In this document: piece after piece, positions 12,610 to 23,545 of the stretch
How positions within the stretch are numbered: position 1 is the stretch's first letter
Layout of the letters: each line of letters begins with the position of its first letter
From: Camelus ferus
Lineage: Eukaryota
Direction of reading: 5' to 3'
DNA length: 64,000 nt
Assembly: GCF_009834535.1 (NCBI RefSeq)
Contig: NC_045697.1
Span: 12,340,001-12,404,000, forward strand
The notes under the pieces: generated by a model
Told to the model about the DNA's origin: nothing
What the model saw: the letters and a program-made list of their open reading frames with translations, nothing else
Database searches by the model: none
Program-made: the position numbers and the translations under genes

Positions 12610-13300
12610 CATCTGCCATATTGCAAAATGTGGAGAGTTTGATAATATTCAGTGTGGGGGAAAGGATGTATTTAAACACTGTTTTTGAGAGTGCAGAATG
12701 GTACACTCTTTTAGGAGGGCTCTTTGGCAATGTCTAAGTACATTTTTTAATGTACATACTCTTCAGACCCAGCAATACCATGTTTGAGTCTGTTCAAAAC
12801 AGGGCATGCCCAAGAATGTTCCTAACGGCATTGTTAGCAATAATAAAAGATTAGACACAATCTAAATTAGACACACTCCCTTAAAAAGGGAGTAAAAATG
12901 ATAAACAATGTATTTTCATACTATGAAATACTATGCAGAAATTAGAAAAAGCATGGTATGTCTACATGTAATGACTTTGTAAGAATACCATAACATATTA
13001 AGGGGCAAAGGCCAATTGTAGAATAATATATATAATAGCATTTATGTTAGAACTAAAAACAGAATTATAAATTTGTATGAGTAGATGGTGTGAAATTGAT
13101 TAGAAAACAATGACAACAACTGGAAAGTGTTTGCCTGAAAACAAACTGATAGTCCTTGCCTCCAAGTCAGGGAGGCGCCGAGGAGGGGAAAACTCAGAGA
13201 GGGTTCCATGTTGTCTGTATTGCTTGAATTATTTATGAGGAGAAGACAATCCTGTATTTTTTGTGCCATTGTTAATAAATTGAAAAGATTAAACATTTAC
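12610..13300 (+). mobile_element. L1ME-like 3' end
   Basis: ctttggcaatgtcta...cttcagacccagcaatacca...catactatgaaatactatgcag. Confidence 0.65.
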
Positions 13301-13734
13301 ACAAATGTCAGTGTAAATTTATAAGTTAGGATATGATAGGATTTTTAAAGAAGTAAATGGCACTTCTGATAGTTAGGATATATTTTCAGAGATAAATCTA
13401 ATTTTGTAAAAGGCATTGTAAAACATATTTGGCATAATTTGGCAAGTTCCTTTATGAATGAATAGAAAAGCACTCAAATGTAAGATAGGTTTTTTTCAGT
13501 TCTCATTCAGACATCCTACTTTATCTTCACTAAGAAGTTTTTTTTGTTTGCTTTTTTTTAAGCATCAGAAGTACTGGCTTGATTAAATTTTTGCAAGATG
13601 AAGACTTTCAGGATTTTAATAACAGTTATTTGGAAGTTGAGAATACAAGGGACACATGGGTGCTTTTCAGCTGGGCTCTTGGCTTTCTCATCTGGTTTGC
13701 CAATTTCTTTCAGGAATTTCGAGGAATCCACCAG

Positions 13735-14360
13735 GATACACTTATGTATTGCAAAATGATTACCACTGTAACATTAGCAAACACTTGTGTCACACCACTT
13801 AGTTATCATTTCTTTTTTTGTGGTAAGGAATTTAAGATCTATTCCCTTAGCAATTTTCAAGTATACAATATGGTATTGTTAACTATAATCATTATGCTGT
13901 ACACTAGTTCCTCAGAACTTACTCATCTTATAACTGGAAGTTTATACTCTTTGGCCAACATCTTCCTTTTCCCCTCACCTTACAGCTCCTGGTAACCACC
14001 ATTACAGTCTCTCTCTTTTTTTTTTTTTATGAATTAGGCTTTGTTAAATTCCACATATAATTGATATTATCTAGTGTTTGTCTTTCTTTGTCGGACTTAT
14101 TTCACTTAGCATAATGCCCTCAAGGTCCATCCATGTTGTGGCAAATGACAGAATGACCCTCCTTCTCATCGCTGAATAATGAATGATATTCCACTTTATA
14201 CATATTAGGTTGTTTCCATATCTTGGCTATTGTGAATAATGTTCAAAGAACATGGGAACAGATCTCTTTAAGATCTTGATTTCATTTCTTTTAGAAATAT
14301 ATCCAGAAATGAGATTGCTAGATCATATGTTAGTTCTACTTTAAATTTTTTTAGGAAATA
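13735..14360 (-). mobile_element. L1MA/MB-like 3' end
   Basis: tttaagatctattcccttagcaattttcaagtatacaata; cttatttcacttagcataatgccctcaaggtccatccatgttgtggcaaatg. Confidence 0.9.
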
Positions 14361-14365
14361 TAGGC

Positions 14366-14490
14366 CAGTGGTTCTTAAAGTGTGGTCCCTAGAATAGCAT
14401 CTGCATCACCTGGAACTGAATGCAAAATGCAAATTCTCAGTCCCCTCCTCAAAGCTGACTTAGATGCACACTGAAGCATGAAAACCATTG
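14366..14490. mobile_element. MER5A/B hAT-Charlie MITE, internally deleted
   Basis: TIR-like ends cagtggttcttaaagtgtgg ... tgaaaaccattg; aatgcaaattctcag core. Confidence 0.8.
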
Positions 14491-15925
14491 TCTTAGATAG
14501 TAAACCTTTTGAAGGCAGGAGCCATTGCATTGCCTGGGTCCTCACTCAGGCCTTATATATTAGGTGCTACCTTAACTCAGTGAGTGGGCAAGTTTGGGAG
14601 CTGTAGATATAGCAGGAGAGGTATTTGTAAGTTACAGAGATCAGTATGATGAACAGCCAACCATGGGGGTACTGATGAGCACCTACTATATTGGGAGATA
14701 AAAAGCAGGGCGATATGATCTCGGTTTTCATCAAGTAAAAAGTCTACTTGGGAGGGGAAAATAAATATGTATGAAATTCATATATTTGGAGGCCAATAAA
14801 AGACAGCACTTTTCTTATTTTTGATACTAAGTTCAGAAAAATAGGAGTGTTTGATGGGCTGAATCTGAATGTTTCATTCATTGGCCTATTTAGTGAATTA
14901 TAGATTTGTAGATTATTATACATTGCTTCTAGGAAGCCAATAAAGGTTAAATAAAATGAACATATTTTAAAACACCAATTTGACTACCATTATCCTGCTT
15001 CAAGTTTTTTTTTAACTATGTGTTCACTTTAACAGTGATTTTTGAGCATTAAAATTTAAAAACACAAACCTTCCTTCAATTATTCAATTGTTCATTTTTT
15101 CACAAGAATATTGATAATTTATCATATATCAGGCAAATAATAATTTTCCAAATGTGAATAACAGTCCTCAAAGTGCTGAATTTAAAAAATGTAAATACTA
15201 TGTAATAAAATCCTTCTTTGCCTCAAGTGGAATTGCTCACTCATGTAATCAGTCCCCTTATGTAGAGAAGATCTGGTGGTTATGTAATAAATTTCAATCA
15301 TAAGGTCAAACAGGATAGCTGATGCAGCAGAAGTTGGTTTCCTGGATCAAAGGATCTGGTTTTGTTGTCCACAAAGATCAAAGAAATGGAGAATTGCCAG
15401 ATAGCTACTTCATTTTGTGTTGGGTGGACATAGCCAGAAATGGACAAGAAATCTGAGATTTAAAAGGCAGCATGATTTCAAAGACAGGAATGACACTGGG
15501 GGAATGAATGCAGCATCATGTGGGAGAGCATTGACTACACAAGGCCAGATGGAGCTGGGGTGACAGACAAGAAAGACCAACTTCCTGAGGCTCTGGGATG
15601 GTCAAGGGGCCTGCTGGGAAGTGGCATGGGGGACACTTGCCAAGTAGACTTTTGGGAAGAAGTCCTCCACATAAAAAGTCTGTAGTGTGCTGCTGAAACC
15701 AGTAGATTCAGTGTAAAACAGTAGGTTTAAATGAATCTTCTGTGTTCTCAGCTTTGGCACTTTTAAATTGTCACTTAGAGTTAGTATCTGGGAAACCTGG
15801 CTTTGGATTTTACTAGGGATGGAGAATCCAGGACTGTTTTTAGGTGGAGAGATGGGACAGAAATCCCAGGTTGTTCAGGGTTCCAGACTGTGATCTCCAT
15901 CAGTGTGGGTTTAGGTCCAGCTCAC

Positions 15926-16123
15926 CTTTGCGTTCAGCGGCCTGCCCTGAACTCAGCTTGGTGAAGGTCACTGAAAGTTGTTGGTTGCCTGAATCTCTAA
16001 TTTCATCATTGCTCCTCAGATAAAGATCCCTCCTGAGCGAACTCTCCTCAGAGCTGGAAGGACCAAGATTATCTGAGAAAAGGCACTTGTTTCTACTGAG
16101 ACACTTTCCTCCTGGAATCTCAT
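15926..16123 (-). CDS. Candidate 198-nt symmetric (phase 1-1) coding exon, product not recognised
   Basis: Open frame DEIPGGKCLSRNKCLFSDNLGPSSSEESSLRRDLYLRSNDEIRDSGNQQLSVTFTKLSSGQAAERK; strong donor AAG|gtgagc; weak acceptor ttttaaag with CTCTAAT branch-like motif; no partner exon found. Confidence 0.25.
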
Positions 16124-16729
16124 CTTTAAAATTTAATAATACATACCTGACCATTAGAGCAACAGGTTTTAAAGAACCTTAAAGAGTTTTTTGTTTGTTT
16201 TTTTACAAATACAGGTTCTTGCAAGGCAATACTGATTAGTTTAACATCTATTAAAATCATGAGTTTTTTTTTTAACTTTAAGAAAAACTGGGGTAAGAAT
16301 CTGATTAGATCATATAAACTCTACTCCTCCCACCCCGTTCAAATACCCTGATGCCAGTTTGGAGCGTGGTCTGAGGGGAGAAAATCTGAAAGACTGAAAA
16401 TTGTTTTGAATTATCTAAGAAGACACTAAGATACCCAAATAAAATATCAAACACAAATGTCTCTCTCGGCCTCTCCCTCTCGCCCCTCTCCCTCCAATCT
16501 TTAATTAAATGATAGAGTGGGGGGATCCTGGCCTGTGCTCCTTGGATAGTCTTGAGTCAGTTAAGTAGGAAGTTTTTTTTTTTTTGCGTTTTCTAGCTCT
16601 AACTCCCCATCTTGCTCTCTGCCCTTATCTTCATCAGAAAGACCAGACTAATGAGGCATGGGGGCCACACAAGGGACTTAAACTTCCTACAATAGACATT
16701 ACTGTGCCATCTCAGTAGAGGTAGCTTAT

Positions 16730-16990
16730 AGAATTGCCTGCTTTCTCTTATCCCTTCTCTGCATGTCCTTCTTCAAATCGCAGCTCAAATGTCACCTCTC
16801 CTAGAAACCTTTACTCCCGTAGGCAGAATTTCGCCTCGGGTAAATTGTATTATAATGACGTGTCTTCATGTCTGTCTTCATGACTGTGCTGCAAGTATAA
16901 ATACATCACCTTTTGATTTACTGTTTAATCCCTAGTAATGAGTAAGGGTCCGACCTAAAGAAAATGTTCAATATATTGAATGACTAAATT
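16730..16990 (+). mobile_element. L2 3' fragment
   Basis: cagctcaaatgtcacctctcctagaaacct; ttcaatatattgaatga tail. Confidence 0.65.
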
Positions 16991-17259
16991 ACCCATGCCT
17001 TGAAGTATCTGCATTGGGAACTGAGACTCTTGCAGGCTCGACTTTGAAAGGAACATTGCAACCACAGAATGAAAGATCCATGGAATGTTAAGATCTTGCC
17101 ATTATTCCTGAGATATGTCTTGAGCCCAGCAGTTAAGTGGAGATCAGACTAGTTTAAAGAGCTCCATGCTACAGAACATCAACTGCTCCAGAAGGGACTA
17201 ATTAAAGTGATTCTATTGTCCCATTATCTTGGGATAGTTGAATGAGTAAGAAATCTAAT

Positions 17260-17930
17260 GACATATTTATACAATGCTTTGTAGGTTATGAGTCCTTTCT
17301 CAAGTTGATCTCACTTGATACTCAAAAACACTGTGAAGTAGGCATAGATTTTTATTCACATTTTAGAGAGTTCAGAAATGGTGAATGACCTACCTAGGTC
17401 ACACAGTTTGGTGCTTTCTTCACTCCATTTTGGCTCTGAAGAGATGCCATCTCATTGTATCTGTCTGAGCATAGCCACCATGTTGCCCCTGTGGTAGAAT
17501 AATAAGGACTAGCAGTGATCAGATTCCTATTTTGTGCCAGGTGCTGGGTTAAGCACTGTGCACTGATTTACTTAATGCTTATAAAGTGCGTTATTACTAT
17601 CCCCATTTCATAGATGCGGAAATCAAGGCATAGAGCAGTTAATCAACTCCACAGTCGCATAGCTGCTAAATAGTCAGGCAATCTGACTTCAGAGAATGCA
17701 TCCTTAACCACTGATACATTATTTTGCAATAATGAAGGTTCTAAAATTAGACCACCAAGCCTAAAATACTGGCTGATACTCTTGTTAACTGGGCAGCCTT
17801 GGCCAAGAAACATAGCCTCTCCAAGCTTCAGTTTTCTGATTCCTAAAATAAGATTAAAAATAAAGCTAGAAACAAAAGGATGAAATATGCCTGGCATATA
17901 GTAAATGCTCCACAATTGTTAGCTGTTACT
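17260..17930. mobile_element. Cluster of three MIR fragments (two minus, one plus)
   Basis: actatccccatttcatagatgcggaaatcaaggc; ccttggccaagaaacatagcctctccaagcttcagttttctg. Confidence 0.75.
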
Positions 17931-18279
17931 GATTGTAGATATTTTGTTATCTATCCCTAGATGACTTGATGGTAGGCAGTCATAGAAAGTCATTGCTAGA
18001 ACATTGAGAGTTTGAGTAATGAAATCAACATAACAGCTGAGAACACAGTCGTGTAATTTACTCAAAAGAGACAATGACTCGCAGGCTACCAAAACCTGAT
18101 CATAGCTTAACCAGTAGGATACCAGAATATGAGGATGGAAGAGCAAAGGTCAAAGAAAGACCAAAAAAAAAAAAAAAAGGTTTTGAAATGCAGCATTTGG
18201 GTATATGCGTCCAATACTGTCCAGGGGAGAGGATGACCTTGCTTGGCTGTGCTCCTGTCTGGGTGCTTGGAGGGTATAT

Positions 18280-18680
18280 CAAGTCAAGGTTAAGTATGAC
18301 TGTGTAAAATAGCAATCTGACTCCCATGGATTAACCTGAGGGGAGATTTATTTTCCCGTCATATTAAGTCTGGTGATGGATCATCTGGGGCTGCTACCAC
18401 CAGAGAGCCTGTCTCCTTCCATGTCTCTGCTCTGCCAGCCTCTGCTGTCATCTTCATGGCTGCCCCATGGTAATAACATGGTTGCTCTTCCTGTGTCTTC
18501 TTATCTGCATGTAGGAAGAAGGCAGAAGGCAGAAGAAAGAAGGAATGGCATCTATATGTGGAAAGGAAAAATTTTCCAAAAATTCCAAGCAGACTTCTGC
18601 TTGTATATCATTGACCAAAATTGTGTCATGAGGAGCTATTCAAAAGGAAAAAAGCATGGCAAATAGATATCGAGTAAGCA
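18280..18680 (-). mobile_element. MLT1 (J/K/L-like) LTR
   Basis: agcagacttctgcttgtatatcattgaccaaaattgtgtcatg; aacatggttgctc. Confidence 0.65.
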
Positions 18681-18681
18681 A

Positions 18682-19105
18682 TTGTACAGCAGTTTTGTCC
18701 TCCTAGATCCACTATCCAACCTTTCCTGTCCCTTCTGCCCTGGAAGCTGTCCTGTGTGGATTACATCAAGTTCCTGGAATTTTGGTTTCCAGTTTGGTTT
18801 GGCCAATGGGAGTCCAGGAAGGGGGCTGGAGGGAATGAAGAGAGGGAAGTCGGGGTGTATTTCCTCAGTTCCCTTCTTAAAAGATTATCCAGACATAGCT
18901 ATGTCTTTGACCAGAGATTATAGGTCCTCTTAAATGACACTCTTTACAAACTCATTTTCTAGGTTCCAGTGGCTGTTCCCTCCCCCATGTCTTTAGACTT
19001 ATTGGGTTGTAACAGCCCAGGCTCATGCACTTTCCCCCACCATTTTCATATGTTTGTAAATAGTGCTTTTATTAAACTCTCTTTAAATCATCCTAATTTG
19101 CATGT
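18682..19105 (+). mobile_element. LTR33-like ERVL solo LTR
   Basis: ggtttggccaatgggag; 3' end tgtaaatagtgcttttattaaactctc...tgtgtaccatcagtttcctg. Confidence 0.75.
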
Positions 19106-19479
19106 GTACCATCAGTTTCCTGGAAAAAAATGAGAATAATCATTAGTGTCTGCCACCAAGGGTGCATTACAATGGTAGAAAAGAGTGTATCAAAGCATTA
19201 TGGTGAATGCTGTCATTTATTTAGCCAGTATTTATTGAACAGCCGTGTATCAGAACATGATATTAAATAAAAATCCAATTCTTTGTCCTCAGGTAGCTCA
19301 CAGTTTACATCACACAACTTACTCCCCTTGCTTAGTGTCCAAACTTGTCAAGTCAACTCTAAATTACAACTTGGCTTTTTGTGTAGCTTTCCCATAAGGA
19401 TCAAATTTACTTTTCAAACTCCATTTTCAAGGTCCAATTGACTAATAATTATATTCTTAGTGAAAATTAAGGCATATAG

Positions 19480-19690
19480 AATGGTGCCAGATAGCATGGA
19501 TTTTGGAGTCAGGCAGATTCAAAACTCAGCAGATGTGTAACCTTGGACAAGTTATATAATCTCTGTGGACTTGAGTCACTTTACCCATACATGGAGCTAA
19601 ACTGCATTTGCATCCTCTGACTGCTGTGAAGACAGAAGGAGATTGTGTCCACAAAGCTCTTAGCTCAGTGTCTGGTTCAATAAAGAAATG
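19480..19690 (+). mobile_element. MIR SINE
   Basis: gcatggattttggagtcaggcaga...gtgtaaccttggacaagtta. Confidence 0.75.
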
Positions 19691-20741
19691 GCAGCTATTC
19701 TAGTTTCTATATTACTTTCTTGTGAGTATGTTTGGTACAAGCTATTCTGAAATGAATGACTGTCTCTTGAGAAACAATTGAGTTCTTACATACAAAACCT
19801 AGGAACAGACCCTGGTCTGTGATGACTTTATCCAGATAATGTTACCAAGGAAGGCTCTCTCTAGGCAACCTGCAAGTTAGTCTCAGTCCTCTGCTTTGCC
19901 TGAGGATGTCATCCACGTTGACAGGAAAGTCCCAGTCCTTCAGAGTTTGGAGTCTGGAGACTAGATCAGGCACTGTAGTTCCAGCAGGTAAGGCAAAGTA
20001 CGATGTCCAGGGCAAGGACAGATTGGAAGGACCAGGCAGAGGCTCTAGGGCCAGGCAGGCCCCAGGCAGGGGGCTGTTTGAGTTCAGGTGAGTCAGAAAG
20101 TGAGGAAAACATCAAACCGTGTAGATGAGCTCTACTCAGGGCACAGGAATGCAAAAGCCTAGGAAAAATGCCAGCCAGCCAGGAGACACCAGGCAGAAGA
20201 CTCCCCTGCTCTCTGTTTCCTGCTCTGGCATAGGCAGGCATATTTAAAGATGTGTAATTTTAGCCAGAGGGACAGAATTGAGAAGGTATAGTTTAGAGTC
20301 TGATCAAAGTAGGGAGAGAGGATTTGGGAATTCCAGAATTTCTCCCACTGAGACCTTGATTAGTTAAAACTGTTTTGAAAGAATCTAGAAAGAATTTCTT
20401 CCCATTTGACTATTGAATTCTCATACTCAAAAGCTGGAAATAATTCCAAGAGTCTTTCATCATTAAGAATCCGAAGGATAAACAGCATTATACTACTACT
20501 TTCTTGTGTGGTTCTGATTATACATTGTTTTTGACTTAATAATACCTTATGATTCCACAGCACATTACAGTTTTCAAAATGTTTTTACTTGGATGATCTA
20601 ATTCAATCCTTATAGTAATATAGTGAGGTAGTTACTATTATCTGTTATTTTCACTGTATTGTAGGTTCACCTCAGTTCAATTCCACTGAACATTTATTGA
20701 GCACCTACTATGTGTCTGCCATTCTGCTAGGTGCTGGGGCT

Positions 20742-21200
20742 TAACATCCTTCACACATGAATGAAGACCACCTAAATGAGAGCAAGCAAAGGTTATTTAT
20801 TCAGAGCTTGCTATAACAAAGGAGTCAGCATCATCACTTGTGTTTGGCAACCCTAGATGGCAAGCAGAGGAGTGGGAAATTGTATGGTGAAAAAAGAGGA
20901 AGGTTTGAGTTATGCCTCGACTGATGGCCGTTGTCATGAGGAAGCTCAAGGTGGGCTATCTGGATGCAGGGCAACCTGTGTTGTTAGTTGGTGAAGCATA
21001 ATTGGCTTTTTCTGGTTGGTCCTAAGTTGTAAGTGGGGGCCAAAAATTAGGGAAGCTGTCAGTTACTGATCAGTAATTGTGGGCAGATTGCTACAAAGGT
21101 TGTGGTTTAATTTCTTGGATTGGTTGCTGCAGAAGTTGTCAGTCACTGTTTTTTTTCTTTTTCTGTCGATGGTCTGGCTATCTGTTTGTTTACTAAGTTT
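20742..21200 (-). mobile_element. ERV1-class LTR (MER89/MER90/MER110-like)
   Basis: ttatttattcagagcttgctata (antisense polyA signal); ggttggtcctaagttg...aaaaattagggaagctgtcagtta. Confidence 0.7.
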
Positions 21201-21899
21201 CTCAAGAGTGTGGGTGACACATAACAATTTGACAGCATGGATTTTGGAGTCAGACAGATTAGCATTCAAATGAATGCCCCAGGTGTGTAATCTCAGGCAA
21301 GTTACATTATCTCTGTAGATCTGAGTAGCCTTACCTGAGGCTACTCACCTGCCCAAAGGGATGAAAAAACTGGGGCAACCAGATCTTTGACCAACTTACC
21401 TGGAGTCATGAAACAAGAGGACTGAAGAGCTGGAGTTTAATTTGGATTTTCCAGTTCTGTCTAGTGCTCTTGCTAATCACAACTTTCAGAGTCTATAATT
21501 CGCTTTGGTGAAGAGGTGAGCACAGATCTTTCTCTTGGTATGGTAGCAGTGCGCTTCAGAGCGTAAGTAAAAATTTCTCCTTGCATCTTCTATCTGTGAA
21601 GCTGTAGATGATAATCAGTGGGACTCTTTATTTGCACTAAAAACTTGACAGGAGAAGCCTAGTACAACAGCAAAGATGCTTCAGAGTCTGCTTCAGAATT
21701 AGATCTCCAATTTACCAGCCCTAGGCTTCCTTTGGGGGGGGGGTTACATGACTTTTCTGTCTTCCCAGACAGACTCTTATTTCCTTTTTGGTTTTAATGT
21801 CTGCTTCACATCTTACTCCACACTTCTGCTCCCTCAGCCATCCTTGGAAAGTTTGACAACTGTGTTGACCACTCTTAGAATATTATGGCTTCACACTTT

Positions 21900-22340
21900 C
21901 TATCTTTGTTCACTATGCAAAATTTACCAGGCAATGACTAGGTATCAGGGACTGTCCTATGTGTGGGGAATACAGAGGGGAAGGGACAGTAGAAGTCCCT
22001 ATGCTTGTAGTGCTAACACTCTAGTGGGGAAGCAGACAGGACACAGGTACGTGAATGAATAAATATGTAATGTCAGATAGTTGTAAGTGCTGTGAAGAAG
22101 ACTAAAGTAGGTTAAAGGATGTAGAGTATTGTGTGTACACGTAATGTGTACAGTTGCTTTAGGTAAGGTGTTCAAGGAAGATCTCTCCAAGGAGGTAACC
22201 TTTAATCTAAGGCTTAAATGGAGAGAAGGAGTGAGCTGTGGAAGTTCTAGAGGGATACCATTCCAGGTAGCAAGAAGAGCAAGTGCAATTTCCTAGAGGC
22301 CTTGATGTATTTGAGAAATAACAAGAAGTCCTGTCAGACT
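21900..22340 (-). mobile_element. L2a fragment
   Basis: ctctagtggggaagcagaca; gtcagatagttgtaagtgctgtgaagaa; ttccaggtagcaagaagagcaagtgcaa. Confidence 0.8.
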
Positions 22341-22849
22341 AGACTGGGGTTAGTGAAGGGACTTCTGCAGCTATAGTTTAATAACCAAAATTTTAACTAG
22401 GAAAAGACATGTCAGTAAATGCAGAAGGAGAACATTTGTTTGCAGGTCCCCTTGGTTAAAGGAAACACACATAATTGATGCCTATTATCTTTTTTAGTAC
22501 CAAGGATGTATGTGGCTCTCCAACCCATTGCACCTTTCAATCAGGAATATTATGATGAGTTTTTGCCCTAACAAGCTTTAAGAAGAGTCATGTTTTATTT
22601 TTGTTTTCTTGTGCTGTGTTTTAACATCTATATCCTTGGCCTTGCCCTGAACTTGCATAATGCTTGTGTACTTGCAATTATATATTCAGTACAGAAGATT
22701 GAGGGGTACAGGGAGGAACATGACAAGAGTGTGAACCATGCAGTAGACATGCTCTCCTTTCATCTGAGAAACGTTCTTTAGTCCACATCAACTATGGAGT
22801 TTGAGTTAGAATTGCCATATTTTTATGGAGGTTCCCCCCATCCTCAATT

Positions 22850-23265
22850 TCCCAGTGCCAAGTTGATTTTTTTTTAGCACATTTGATGATCCCAGGATGG
22901 TCAGTTGACTTAAGCTGGGCCAAATAGAGAATTTTCATAGATGTTTCTTGGGCTGGAGTTTGAGAAAAGGATTTATACCCTCTTGGATGGCAAAACCTAC
23001 AGATAGGTGAAGGGGCTGAGATCTGCTGGTAACTATGTTCTTTGATTTGTGGTGGTACCTTGTTGGAGAGAATGAAGCAGGCACATCAAGACAATAGAAA
23101 AGATGAGTGGGTCCAGTGGCATTTTATCTCTGGTTCCATTCCAAGTTCTCCATATCCTGGCTTAGGGCTCACTTTTCCCTTGGCTATCTGAAACTTCAAA
23201 TACATTTCTCTTTTTAATTTAAGTAGGTTTGAGTTGCCACTTTCAATGGTGCAAGTTCTGACAAA
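22850..23265 (+). mobile_element. MLT1 (K/L-like) LTR
   Basis: tgacttaagctgggccaaatagag; gagaatgaagc; ttaagtaggtttgagttg 3' end. Confidence 0.6.
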
Positions 23266-23384
23266 CACAAAATACATTAAAAAATATACCAAAAATGAGT
23301 TTGAATACATTATATTTTACATTCAAAATTGTGGTTATAAGTGATTCTATAAGTACCTGATGTAATTCTTAGAGTCAACAAGAG

Positions 23385-23545
23385 CAATGCTTCTCAAACT
23401 TTAAAGTGCATACAACTAACTCACCAGGTAATCTTGTGAAAATTTGGACTCCGGTTTGGTAGGTTGGAGTGTGTTCAGAGAGTTTGCATTTCCAGTGAGG
23501 TCCCAGGGCAAGATGCAGGTTTGAAGAGTTTGAGAAGCAGGGAAC
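23385..23545. mobile_element. MER5A MITE
   Basis: caatgcttctcaaactttaaagtgcata...tttgcatttcca...tttgagaagcagg. Confidence 0.75.

Noticed and set aside
19906..20095. Plus-strand donors at 19987 and 20087 and ORF 19906-20091
   Set aside because: No strong acceptor and the peptide is not recognised.
20360..20563. Protein-looking minus ORF (LRILNDERLLELFPAFEYE)
   Set aside because: Short, non-ATG start, no splice signals, and it begins at the edge of a MIR.
21345..21425. Consensus minus-strand splice donors (CAG|gtgagt, CAG|gtaagt)
   Set aside because: They fall in decayed MIR-like sequence with no credible acceptor or reading frame.
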